Shown: positions 18,361 to 26,629 of the stretch, piece after piece
Position numbering within the stretch: the first letter of the stretch is position 1
Layout: the number at the start of each line of letters is the position of its first letter
Origin: Actinomycetota bacterium
Lineage (GTDB): Bacteria > Actinomycetota > Acidimicrobiia > Acidimicrobiales > Ilumatobacteraceae
Length of the DNA: 35,783 nt
Direction of reading: 5' to 3'
Assembly (NCBI GenBank): GCA_043743395.1
Contig: JAYTWP010000066.1
Location: 1 to 35,783 of the forward strand
The notes under the pieces: generated by a model
The model's database searches: none
What the model saw: the letters and a program-made list of their open reading frames with translations, nothing else
Told to the model about the DNA's origin: nothing
Position numbers and translations under genes: made by a program

Positions 18361-19775
18361 CAAACCTGGTCGACGACCTTCGTCTCGCGATTTCGCCCGA
18401 CCGAGTTCGCGTCGGTGCCGCTGAGCTCAGCCTGTACCGACGCGACGCGTCGAACTACTCAGGAAGTACGTCGGTGGTGTGTTTTCCGACGACGGCCGCA
18501 GAAGTACAGGCCATTGTTCGTGTGTGTGTCAAGCATGATGCCCCCTACGTGGCCCGCGGATCGGGTACCGGTTTGGCCGGAGGCGCAACTCCGCTCGATG
18601 GCGCAGTGGTGGTGTCGCTCGCGAAAATGAACGGGATCATCTCGGTTGATGCCGAGGCCCGTCAGGCCTGGGTGGAGCCCGGCCTGCTGAACCTCGATCT
18701 CAGTAAGGCCGTTACTCACCACGGCTTGCACTTCGCCCCGGATCCAAGCAGCCAACAGAGCTGCACGATCGGTGGCAACGTCGCGAACAACTCGGGCGGT
18801 CCCCACTGTCTGGCAGATGGCGTGACGGCCGCACACATCCTTGCACTAGAAGTTGTGTTGCCCGAGGGCGACATCATCACCATTGGTGGCGAGGATCCCG
18901 ACCCGGTGGGCCTCGACCTCCGCGGTGCCTTCGTCGGAAGTGAAGGCATGTTCGGTATCGCCACCAAGGTGTGCGTTCGCCTCACCCAGAATGCGCCAGC
19001 GGTGCGCACGATGTTGCTCGACTTCAACACGGTGGAAGATGGCGCCGAAACGGTCAGTGCGATTATCGCCGACGGCATGGTGCCCGCTGCACTCGAGATG
19101 ATGGACGCACTGTGCACCCGCGCTGTCGAGGAATACATTCACGCGGGGCTGCCAACAGACGCGGCGGCGATCCTGCTCGTGGAGGTCGACGGCCTCAGGC
19201 ATGGCCTTGAAGATCAGGTCGCGCGGATCATCGCGATCGGGACCGCTCACGGTGCGCGAACCGTGCGCGTGGCCCAGGACGAGGCTGAGCGCGCGCTGCT
19301 CTGGAAGGGCCGCAAGACCGCATTTGGTGCCATCGCCCGGATCAAACCCAACTACTACTTGCACGACACGGTCGTGCCGCGACGCAAGCTCCCCGAAGTC
19401 CTCAATCAGGTGTACGAAATCGCCGAGCGTTACGACCTCTTGGTGATGAACGTGTTCCACGCGGGCGACGGCAACCTGCATCCGCTACTCGTATTCGATA
19501 AGCGCGAGCCGGGAGTCATGGAGCGTGTGCATGCTGCCGGAGCGGAGATCGTGCGCGCCTCGATCGCGGCCGGTGGCGTTTTAAGTGGCGAGCACGGCAT
19601 CGGCCTCGAGAAGCGCGATTTCATGCCGCTGATGTTCGACCCCGTCGATCTCGCCGCGCAAGCATCGATGCGGGCTGCTTTCGATCCCACAGGCCTCGCG
19701 AACCCGACCAAAGTGTTGCCGAGCCCGGCCGGATGTGGCGATATCCATCACGTTCCGGAGGGCGCGTGGATCTGA
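18357..19775 (+). CDS. glcD: FAD-linked oxidase, glycolate oxidase subunit GlcD-like (D-2-hydroxyacid dehydrogenase family)
   Basis: FAD_binding_4 motif ARGSGTGLAGGA, C-terminal SGEHGIG; 472 aa. Confidence 0.85.
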   Translation: MTNLVDDLRLAISPDRVRVGAAELSLYRRDASNYSGSTSVVCFPTTAAEVQAIVRVCVKHDAPYVARGSGTGLAGGATPLDGAVVVSLAKMNGIISVDAEARQAWVEPGLLNLDLSKAVTHHGLHFAPDPSSQQSCTIGGNVANNSGGPHCLADGVTAAHILALEVVLPEGDIITIGGEDPDPVGLDLRGAFVGSEGMFGIATKVCVRLTQNAPAVRTMLLDFNTVEDGAETVSAIIADGMVPAALEMMDALCTRAVEEYIHAGLPTDAAAILLVEVDGLRHGLEDQVARIIAIGTAHGARTVRVAQDEAERALLWKGRKTAFGAIARIKPNYYLHDTVVPRRKLPEVLNQVYEIAERYDLLVMNVFHAGDGNLHPLLVFDKREPGVMERVHAAGAEIVRASIAAGGVLSGEHGIGLEKRDFMPLMFDPVDLAAQASMRAAFDPTGLANPTKVLPSPAGCGDIHHVPEGAWI

Positions 19776-20641
19776 CCGCGTTCGCGGCCGAAGTCGGTGG
19801 ACCTGACAGTGGCGATGTCACCATCGCAGGGTCATCGACCCGGGGCGGGGGAGTGAGCGGCGTCCGTAGAGTCAGTGCTCCCGCCGGAATCGAATCAGTC
19901 CAGCCAGATGAGATGATCGTGTCATGTGGGGCTCGCACACTCGTCGCCGATCTCAACGCAGCGCTCGCCGAGGTCGGTCAATGTGTGACATTGCCGGCCA
20001 CGGGCACCGTCGGGGGAGCATTGGCAGTCGGGTACAGCGACGTTCGTCGGCTCGGTTACGGACCCGTGCGAGACAGTCTCCTTCAGGCTCACTATGTGTC
20101 CGCTGCTGGCGACGTCGTCAAAGCCGGCGGGCCCACGGTAAAGAACGTCTCGGGGTTCGACCTGTGCCGCCTGCTCGTTGGATCGCGCGGAACCCTGGGC
20201 TTTATTGGCGCGGTCATTCTGCGCACCCGACCGCTACCAGATGTTTCGCAGTGGTTCTCCACAAGTACCGATCCGTGGATCGTGTTCGCATCGCTCTACC
20301 GTCCCGTGAGCGTGCTGTGGGACGGCGCGACGACGTGGGCACTGCTCGAAGGTCATCCCGACGACGTGCGCGAACAGGCCGCTGCGGTGTCGCTCGCCCA
20401 GGCCGCAGGTCCACCACCCTTGCCCACCGCAAGTCGGTGGTCCCTCTCGCCGTCCGAGCTGCGCACGCTCGCCGGGAGCAGAGGTTTTGTCGCCGAAATC
20501 GGCGTCGGCGTCGTTCACCATTCGGTGCAAGCAACTGTTCGGCCACAACAGGCGGCCGCACTCGCACTGCACAGGCGCCTGAAGGCCGAGTTCGACCCGA
20601 CGCAGCGCCTCAACCCCGGCCTCGACCTCTTCGATGTTTGA
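19766..20641 (+). CDS. glcE: Glycolate oxidase FAD-binding subunit GlcE-like
   Basis: KNVSGFDLCRLLVGSRGTLG motif. Position between glcD and glcF. Start is GTG 19766 (10-nt overlap with glcD) or the track start 19733. Confidence 0.75.
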   Translation: MDLTAFAAEVGGPDSGDVTIAGSSTRGGGVSGVRRVSAPAGIESVQPDEMIVSCGARTLVADLNAALAEVGQCVTLPATGTVGGALAVGYSDVRRLGYGPVRDSLLQAHYVSAAGDVVKAGGPTVKNVSGFDLCRLLVGSRGTLGFIGAVILRTRPLPDVSQWFSTSTDPWIVFASLYRPVSVLWDGATTWALLEGHPDDVREQAAAVSLAQAAGPPPLPTASRWSLSPSELRTLAGSRGFVAEIGVGVVHHSVQATVRPQQAAALALHRRLKAEFDPTQRLNPGLDLFDV

Positions 20642-21536
20642 AGCGCTTCCGCTGGTAGCGGAGTCTCCAGGGGACTTCGCAGCAGTAGCGGACGCAGCCA
20701 ATCGCGCCGCGCGAGTCTGGAACCTGGCGCCACCGAATCTGATCCGCTTCGCAAGCAACGGCGTATTCGAGTGTCAGAACGTCGTGCTCCGGGTGAGCAA
20801 GCCGACCGCGTCGATGGTCGCCGCTTTGCATCTGGCGGAGCATCTGGCTTCTGTCGGCGTCCGAGTGGTACGACCGGCCAGAAGCAACGCACTCACCGTG
20901 CCGAACGGCCTCGAGGTGACCGCGTGGGAGCGTGTTGACCACGACCCGACCTTGCCCGTGGATTGGGAACAAGTCGGCTCGATGGTCGCCGAGGTCCACG
21001 ACATCGACGCTACGACCATCGATCACCCGCTTCCGTTCTGTGGCGATTTCCCGTGGTGGGATCTCGACACGATGATGAACGAGGCGCGAGACCTCGACGA
21101 ACCGACGATCCGGGCCCTCCAGCGGGCGCGACACGACAACGCATGGTGGCGCAGCGCAGCGCGCTCCTCGCCGCTCGTGTTGTGTCACGGCGACGTACAC
21201 CCAGGAAATGTCCTTGTCGACCGCAATGGGCCGATCCTGATCGACTGGGACCTCGTCTGTGTCGGGCCACGAGCATGGGACCACGCGCCACTCATGACCT
21301 GGACCCGCCGATGGGGTGGTGCACCGGGGATCTACGAGGCGTTCAGCGAGGGCTATGGGCCCCGAAGCGATGACGACATGACGATCGCGATCGCAATCGC
21401 TGAGATGCGCCTGCTCGCGGCAACGCTGATGCGGCTGCAACGCGCGCGGGTCGACCCCGGGCAACGAGACGAAGCGTTACGACGGCTGCGTTATTGGCGC
21501 CAGGAGACTGACGCTCCGATGTGGCAGGCCCAGTAG
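20634..21536 (+). CDS. Phosphotransferase family protein (aminoglycoside/choline-kinase fold), substrate unknown
   Basis: Brenner motif CHGDVHPGNVLV and IDWD. 8-nt overlap with glcE. Confidence 0.8.
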   Translation: MFEALPLVAESPGDFAAVADAANRAARVWNLAPPNLIRFASNGVFECQNVVLRVSKPTASMVAALHLAEHLASVGVRVVRPARSNALTVPNGLEVTAWERVDHDPTLPVDWEQVGSMVAEVHDIDATTIDHPLPFCGDFPWWDLDTMMNEARDLDEPTIRALQRARHDNAWWRSAARSSPLVLCHGDVHPGNVLVDRNGPILIDWDLVCVGPRAWDHAPLMTWTRRWGGAPGIYEAFSEGYGPRSDDDMTIAIAIAEMRLLAATLMRLQRARVDPGQRDEALRRLRYWRQETDAPMWQAQ

Positions 21537-21562
21537 CCGCGACCACTTTCGTCGGCGCCGGC

Positions 21563-22954
21563 TTACATGAAGCGACGCACCAACCGGTACTTCCAACCCT
21601 TGTACGGCGGATAGAGGATCGACGGATCGGGCTTGGTGGGTTTGCGGAGCACCGACTTGCCGTGCGTGAACGTGTCGAATCCGGCCTTGCCGTGATAGGC
21701 ACCCATCCCGCTTTCGCCAACACCTCCAAAGGGAAGCTCTGTGACGCCAACGTGCAGCACGGTGTGATTCACCAGGACGCCGCCCGCACTCGTGCGCGCC
21801 AAGATGCGATCAACTACACCATTGCTCTGCGTGAAGACGTAGAGAGCGAGGGGCTTGTCTCGATCGTTCACGAAACGAATCGCCTCGTCAACATCGGAGA
21901 CGGCGATCACCGGAAGGATCGGTCCGAAGATCTCTGATTGCATGACAGCGGCGTCGGGCTTGACGCCGGCGAGCACTGTCGGTTCCAGGTAGCGCGACGC
22001 GCGATCGCCGTGCCCACCACACACGAGTGCATCGAAACCGCCGGCGTCGATGAGGCCCTTGAGTCGGTCCCAGTGCCGCTCGTTCACGATGCGTGCGTAG
22101 TCGGGCGAGGCGGAAACATCGGCACCGTAGAAATCGGTGAGCGCCTTCAGCAGGGCTGAAGTGAACTTGTTCTCGATGGTCTCGTCGATCAGCACATAGT
22201 CGGGGGCGACACATGTCTGACCAGCGTTGAGAAACTTGCCCCACGCAATTCGTCGCGCGGCGACATCGATGTTGGCATCGGCCGCAATGATGACCGGACT
22301 CTTACCACCGAGCTCGAGCGTGACAGGGGTGAGGTGTTTTGCTGCGGCCGCCATCACAACCCGCCCGACGGTTCCGCTGCCCGTGTAGAAGATGTAGTCA
22401 AATCGTTCTTCGAGCAGCGCCGTTGTCTCCACGACGCCACCGGTGACAACCTGAACAACTCGCTGGTCGAGGTACAGCGGAACGAGCTCGGCCATTGCGG
22501 CCGCCGTCTTTGGCGCGACCTCCGACGGCTTGAGCACCACGGTGTTCCCTGCTGCGAGCGCGGCCACGAGCGGCGCCACCAGCAGCTGCATCGGGTAGTT
22601 CCACGGAGCGATGATCAAGACAACGCCGAGCGGATCAGGAACGATCTCCGCGGATCCAGGCTTGAACGCGAGACCAACCTTGACCTTGGTCGGAGCGCAC
22701 CACTTGCTGAGCTGTTTGAGGGCATGATCAATCTCAGCAAGAACCACGCCGATTTCCGCGGCATAGGCCTCCATCGGCGGCTTACCGAGGTCGGCCGACA
22801 GGGCAGCCATGATCGGAGCCTCCTGCTCGACCAGCATGCGCCTGAGTTGGTGAAGCTGCGTACGTCGTGAATCGAGATCACGAATCACGCCGGCGGCGAA
22901 CGAAATGCGGAGCGAATCAACGAGGGAGGGGATCGACGTCAGGGTGTCAGTCAT
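21563..22954 (-). CDS. Aldehyde dehydrogenase, class 3 (ALDH3) family
   Basis: PWNYP, ELGGKSP, catalytic Cys in GQTCVAPDY; 463 aa, ALDH3-type N-terminus. Confidence 0.88.
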   Translation of the reverse strand: MTDTLTSIPSLVDSLRISFAAGVIRDLDSRRTQLHQLRRMLVEQEAPIMAALSADLGKPPMEAYAAEIGVVLAEIDHALKQLSKWCAPTKVKVGLAFKPGSAEIVPDPLGVVLIIAPWNYPMQLLVAPLVAALAAGNTVVLKPSEVAPKTAAAMAELVPLYLDQRVVQVVTGGVVETTALLEERFDYIFYTGSGTVGRVVMAAAAKHLTPVTLELGGKSPVIIAADANIDVAARRIAWGKFLNAGQTCVAPDYVLIDETIENKFTSALLKALTDFYGADVSASPDYARIVNERHWDRLKGLIDAGGFDALVCGGHGDRASRYLEPTVLAGVKPDAAVMQSEIFGPILPVIAVSDVDEAIRFVNDRDKPLALYVFTQSNGVVDRILARTSAGGVLVNHTVLHVGVTELPFGGVGESGMGAYHGKAGFDTFTHGKSVLRKPTKPDPSILYPPYKGWKYRLVRRFM

Positions 22955-22960
22955 GATGTC

Positions 22961-22966
22961 AGGCTA
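22961..22966 (-). promoter_or_regulatory. Putative -10 hexamer TAGCCT for the ALDH gene (leaderless candidate)
   Basis: On the minus strand, TAGCCT lies 6 nt upstream of the ATG at 22954-22952. No SD. Confidence 0.35.
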
Positions 22967-23013
22967 CGCAGTTGCGCCGAGGGTGTTGAACCGAATGTGC
23001 GCGAACCTTTCGG

Positions 23014-23025
23014 CTCGCGCGCGAG
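23014..23025. promoter_or_regulatory. Perfect 12-bp palindrome CTCGCGCGCGAG in the ALDH/glcF divergent region (candidate operator)
   Basis: Self-complementary as read. Flanked by direct CCGAAT copies at 22991-22996 and 23031-23036. Confidence 0.25.
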
Positions 23026-23051
23026 TCTCCCCGAATCGACGACCGAGCCAC

Positions 23052-23057
23052 TACGGT
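23052..23057 (+). promoter_or_regulatory. Putative -10 hexamer TACGGT for glcF (leaderless candidate)
   Basis: TANNNT lies 9 nt upstream of ATG 23067. No SD. Confidence 0.3.
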
Positions 23058-23066
23058 GTGCCCGTC

Positions 23067-24227
23067 ATGAAGCTTTCGCTCAACGATGCCGAACTGGCCA
23101 GCTGTGTCGGCTGCGGCTTGTGCCTGCCGCACTGCCCGACTTATCGCGTGAGCGGCGAGGAAAGCCTCTCGCCGAGGGGACGCATCGCTGCAATGCGAAC
23201 CGTGGTGCTCGAAAACGCCCCGGTGGATGATGCCTTCGTTGGCTTCATGGAGACGTGTGTGCAGTGCCGCGGCTGCGAGCCAGCGTGCCCTTCCGGAGTC
23301 CCCTTTGGTCATTTGATCGAGGGCACCCGAAGCGCACTGGCGTTAGATCATCGCAGCACGCCTCGCTGGCAGCGTGTCGGGTTCGCGCTCCTTGGCCATC
23401 ACAGGGTGCTCCTTGCTGGCAGCACCCTGCTTGCGGTCGTGCAACGTCTTGGGCTCGTGCCGAAGCGACTCGGCCTGGCCCGGCTCGCAATTCGGCGGGG
23501 GCCTCCCTTGCGCGCTTCGGGCGATGATGTGTATGTGTTCACTGGCTGCGTGATGGACGCATGGCAACGGCCAACGCATAGAGCTACGCAGCGGGTCATC
23601 GAGTCGTCAGGCGCCACGTGCGCCGTCGCCGGCCGCGGCGGCGACTGCTGTGGTGCGTTGCACTCGCACGCAGGTCTGACGCAACAGGCTCAACGCCTCG
23701 CCCGCCGCACGATCACGAGCATGCCCGGCAATGCGCCGATCCTCGTCAATTCGGCCGGGTGCGGTGCTGCAATGAAGGAGTACGGCCGGCTGGTCGGCAC
23801 GGAGTCAGCACGAACATTCTCCGGGCGCGTCCTCGATGTGCATGAATGGCTCGCGGACCGAATCGACACCTTGGCGCCTGCCGATCAATCGCGGCCTCGC
23901 CCCAGCGTGATCATTCAAGATCCATGTCACCTTCGCCATGTGCAAAAGGCGCATCTGCCCGTGCGCGCTGTACTCGGCCGCTACGCCGACATCGTCGAAC
24001 TCGATGACGATGGACTCTGCTGTGGGGCGGGTGGCGCCTTCTCCGCGTTGCAACCCGAGCTTGCCGCTGGCATCCGCAGTCGCAAACTTGCGTCGATCGA
24101 GCGCGCGAGTGCGGCAAGTAGAGCCACAGTGGTGGCCAGCGCGAACCCGGGCTGCTCGATGCACCTCGCTGCCGCCGGCGTGATCGCGATGCACCCACTC
24201 GACATCGTCGTCGAGCTGTTGCCATGA
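23067..24227 (+). CDS. glcF: Glycolate oxidase iron-sulfur subunit GlcF-like ((Fe-S)-binding protein with CCG domains)
   Basis: Two 4Fe-4S motifs (CVGCGLCLPHCP, CVQCRGCEPACP) and two CCG motifs (GGDCCGA, GLCCGAGG). The track start 22905 would overlap the divergent ALDH gene. Confidence 0.88.
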   Translation: MKLSLNDAELASCVGCGLCLPHCPTYRVSGEESLSPRGRIAAMRTVVLENAPVDDAFVGFMETCVQCRGCEPACPSGVPFGHLIEGTRSALALDHRSTPRWQRVGFALLGHHRVLLAGSTLLAVVQRLGLVPKRLGLARLAIRRGPPLRASGDDVYVFTGCVMDAWQRPTHRATQRVIESSGATCAVAGRGGDCCGALHSHAGLTQQAQRLARRTITSMPGNAPILVNSAGCGAAMKEYGRLVGTESARTFSGRVLDVHEWLADRIDTLAPADQSRPRPSVIIQDPCHLRHVQKAHLPVRAVLGRYADIVELDDDGLCCGAGGAFSALQPELAAGIRSRKLASIERASAASRATVVASANPGCSMHLAAAGVIAMHPLDIVVELLP

Positions 24228-24451
24228 TTGAGCAGTTCCAGGTGCTCGCCGACCGACTCGACGTAATCGCAGAGGAACTCGCCGACGTCGCGCTGGCCGA
24301 GTTGGGCACAGCGGTACGCCGGGGTGATCAGAAGCGACCAGCAACCGAGCGCACACTCACGCAAGCCCGACGCGCAGTGGAAAAGGCAGCCCACCTGTTG
24401 CGCAGTATGGACACCGAAGCCGATCTCGAGACCGGCGAAGTCGCGGACTAG
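24224..24451 (+). CDS. Hypothetical acidic helical protein (75 aa), translationally coupled to glcF
   Basis: ATGA overlap with the glcF stop. No recognisable motif. Confidence 0.45.
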   Translation: MIEQFQVLADRLDVIAEELADVALAELGTAVRRGDQKRPATERTLTQARRAVEKAAHLLRSMDTEADLETGEVAD

Positions 24452-24482
24452 GTCTTCGGTGAATCGGTTTGTCCTCGACGAT

Positions 24483-25508
24483 TTATGAGACGAACGTGTT
24501 GAGCATGTCGATCATCTGACGAAGATCGCCGAAGCCATGTTTTGCAAAGACGAACGCAACTCGCTCGAGGTGAACACTGTCGTTCTCTTTGACCTCCAGC
24601 GGGAGGGCTGCAGTGCGCGCGATCGTTCCCTTCGTGCACAGGTGGCCGAACTTCTCGTTCAGTTGGGCGAGCTGCGCGTCGGTCGGTGCCTGCTTCATCC
24701 GCAGCACCAACAAGTTGCCGACGTAGCGCATGCTGTCGTAGTTGGCATAGAAGCGGTCGATCTCCTCGACAGCGCGTTCTCCGCTTTCGGTGATGAGATA
24801 GAGATCGGTATCGGCGGCCGCGACGAGCCCACGCGCGACGAGTTGATCGTCGATCAAATCCGTAACGCGCTCCCAGTAGTTGTCACCCGGCGTGTCGAGG
24901 AACACGATGGGCACCGGCACGCCTTTGCCGGTCTGTGTCAACGTGAGTAGTTCGAACATTTCGTCGAGAGTGCCAAAGCCGCCGGGCAGGCAGACGAATG
25001 CACTGCTCTCCTTGATCAACATCAGCTTGCGCGTGAAGAAGTACTTCATGCTCACGTATTTGGCGTCGCCAGCAATGATCGGATTCGCGCTCTGCTCGAA
25101 CGGCAGCCTGATCGAGACGCCAATGCTCATGTCACGTCCGGCGCCCTCCATTGCGGCTTGCATGATGCCCGGTCCAGCGCCCGTGATGACCATCCAGCCG
25201 TGCTCGCCGAGTTGCTTGGCAACCGCGCGAGCCTGCACATAAAGCGGATCGTCCTCGGCGGTTCGCGCAGAGCCGAAGATCGCTACCTTCTTGCGCCCGC
25301 GATACGGGGCAAACATCGCGTACGCATCGCGCATCTCGAGCACGGCGCTCGCCGCGATCTTGAGATCTAGTGTTGCTGGCTGATCGGCGATCATGCCGGC
25401 CGCTGAGCTGATCAATTCCTCTGCGAGCCGACGATCGCGGATCGGTCCGAGAACATCGATGAGGTTACGAACCGCGTCTGCGACCGAGGGGGATAGTGCA
25501 GGTATCAC
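24483..25508 (-). CDS. LOG family (TIGR00730) protein, long PpnN-like nucleotide 5'-monophosphate nucleosidase type
   Basis: KVAIFGSAR, ITGAGPGIM, YFFTRK, PGGFGTLDE. N- and C-terminal extensions around the LOG core; 341 aa. 4-nt overlap with tal. Confidence 0.8.
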   Translation of the reverse strand: MIPALSPSVADAVRNLIDVLGPIRDRRLAEELISSAAGMIADQPATLDLKIAASAVLEMRDAYAMFAPYRGRKKVAIFGSARTAEDDPLYVQARAVAKQLGEHGWMVITGAGPGIMQAAMEGAGRDMSIGVSIRLPFEQSANPIIAGDAKYVSMKYFFTRKLMLIKESSAFVCLPGGFGTLDEMFELLTLTQTGKGVPVPIVFLDTPGDNYWERVTDLIDDQLVARGLVAAADTDLYLITESGERAVEEIDRFYANYDSMRYVGNLLVLRMKQAPTDAQLAQLNEKFGHLCTKGTIARTAALPLEVKENDSVHLERVAFVFAKHGFGDLRQMIDMLNTFVS

Positions 25509-26620
25509 GACTGGTTTCTCAGCGAATGTGCCTTCTCCTCGAGGGCGGCGAGGAGCTCATCGAAACTCTTCTGGAACGAGGACACGCCTTCGCGCTCGAG
25601 AAGGTCAGCCACGTCGGTGAGATCGATGCCCGCCGCAGCGAGCTCACGCCAGTCGTTGGCCGCTTGATCGACGTCGGCGTCGACACGACGCACCAGATGG
25701 CCGTGGTCCGAAAATGCTTCCAGCGTGGCGTCGGGAAGGGTGTTGACGGTGTGAGGCCCAATGAGTTCATCGACATATAGCGTGTCCGGATACGACGGGT
25801 TCTTCGTACTGGTGGAAGCCCACAGCGGGCGCTGCACGCGGGCGCCGCGAGCAGCCAGCGCCTGCCAACGAGGCCCGTTGAAGACGGATTGGAACATCTG
25901 GTAGGCAAGCTTGCCCTGGGCCACTGCGGCCTTCCCGCGCAGAGCGAGCGCCGCGGGTGTACCGATCGCATCGAGTCGCTTGTCGATCTCGGTGTCGACC
26001 CTGCTGATGAAGAAGCTCGCCACACTTGCGACTTTCGAGAGGTCTGATCCAGGTGTCGCCGCGTAGTGCTCGAGACCCGCAACGTATGCCTCCATCACGT
26101 CGGCGTAGCGCTCGAGGCTGAAGATCAGGGTGACGTTGATGCTTCGACCCTCCGCGATCATCTGTTGAATCGCGGAAATACCCTCCGCGGTCGCCGGGAT
26201 CTTCACCATCAGGTTGTGGCGATCGACGTTCGCGTGCAGTGCGCGAGCCGCCGCCACGGTGCCGGGACCGTCGTGGGCCAGACCGGGGTCGACCTCAACA
26301 CTGGCGTATCCGTCGAGACCGGCGGTCTTTGCGTACACCGGCTCGAAGATGTCGAGTGCGCCATTGATGTCGTGCAACACCATCGCCCAGTAGTCATCAA
26401 TGATCGGATGCGCCGGGATCGCGGTCAACGCAGCGAATTGCTCGTCGTAGTCGGGCGAGCCCTGGATGGCCTTCTGGAAGATGGTGGGATTCGATGTCAG
26501 ACCGCGGATACCGCGATCGACCAGACCCTGCAGCTGACCCGAGGTGATGTAGCTGCGCTTGAGGTTGTCGAGCCACGGGCTCTGGTCGAAATCTTCAGCG
26601 AGATGAACGAGACGGTCCAT
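25505..26620 (-). CDS. tal: Transaldolase (long actinobacterial type)
   Basis: QSPWLDNL, GLTSNPTIF, active-site KIPAT; 371 aa. GGAGG lies 4 nt upstream of the ATG and overlaps the tkt stop. Confidence 0.92.
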   Translation of the reverse strand: MDRLVHLAEDFDQSPWLDNLKRSYITSGQLQGLVDRGIRGLTSNPTIFQKAIQGSPDYDEQFAALTAIPAHPIIDDYWAMVLHDINGALDIFEPVYAKTAGLDGYASVEVDPGLAHDGPGTVAAARALHANVDRHNLMVKIPATAEGISAIQQMIAEGRSINVTLIFSLERYADVMEAYVAGLEHYAATPGSDLSKVASVASFFISRVDTEIDKRLDAIGTPAALALRGKAAVAQGKLAYQMFQSVFNGPRWQALAARGARVQRPLWASTSTKNPSYPDTLYVDELIGPHTVNTLPDATLEAFSDHGHLVRRVDADVDQAANDWRELAAAGIDLTDVADLLEREGVSSFQKSFDELLAALEEKAHSLRNQS

Positions 26621-26629
26621 GAGTGCCTC

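Noticed and set aside
22905-23066. 5' extensions of track ORFs: ruvA from 1814, ruvB from 2403, tgt from 5321, rarA from 16083, glcF from 22905, tkt from 28678, the 131-aa ORF from 29139, nagA from 30268, tetR from 30030, PaaI from 31418, dacB from 34165.
   Set aside because: The extensions overlap upstream or divergent genes and encode Arg-rich junk. Conserved protein N-termini begin at downstream starts that also show SD motifs, 1-10 nt stop/start overlaps or -10 hexamers.
15799-25508. Possible defence or conflict-system reading of Nudix + AAA+ ATPase + kinase + LOG-family genes, all families that recur in anti-phage systems.
   Set aside because: The Nudix protein is RppH-like and the ATPase is canonical RarA. 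The LOG gene is fused into the tkt-tal operon. All are translationally coupled to housekeeping genes, and there are no nucleases, mobile-element genes, repeats or obvious composition shift nearby.
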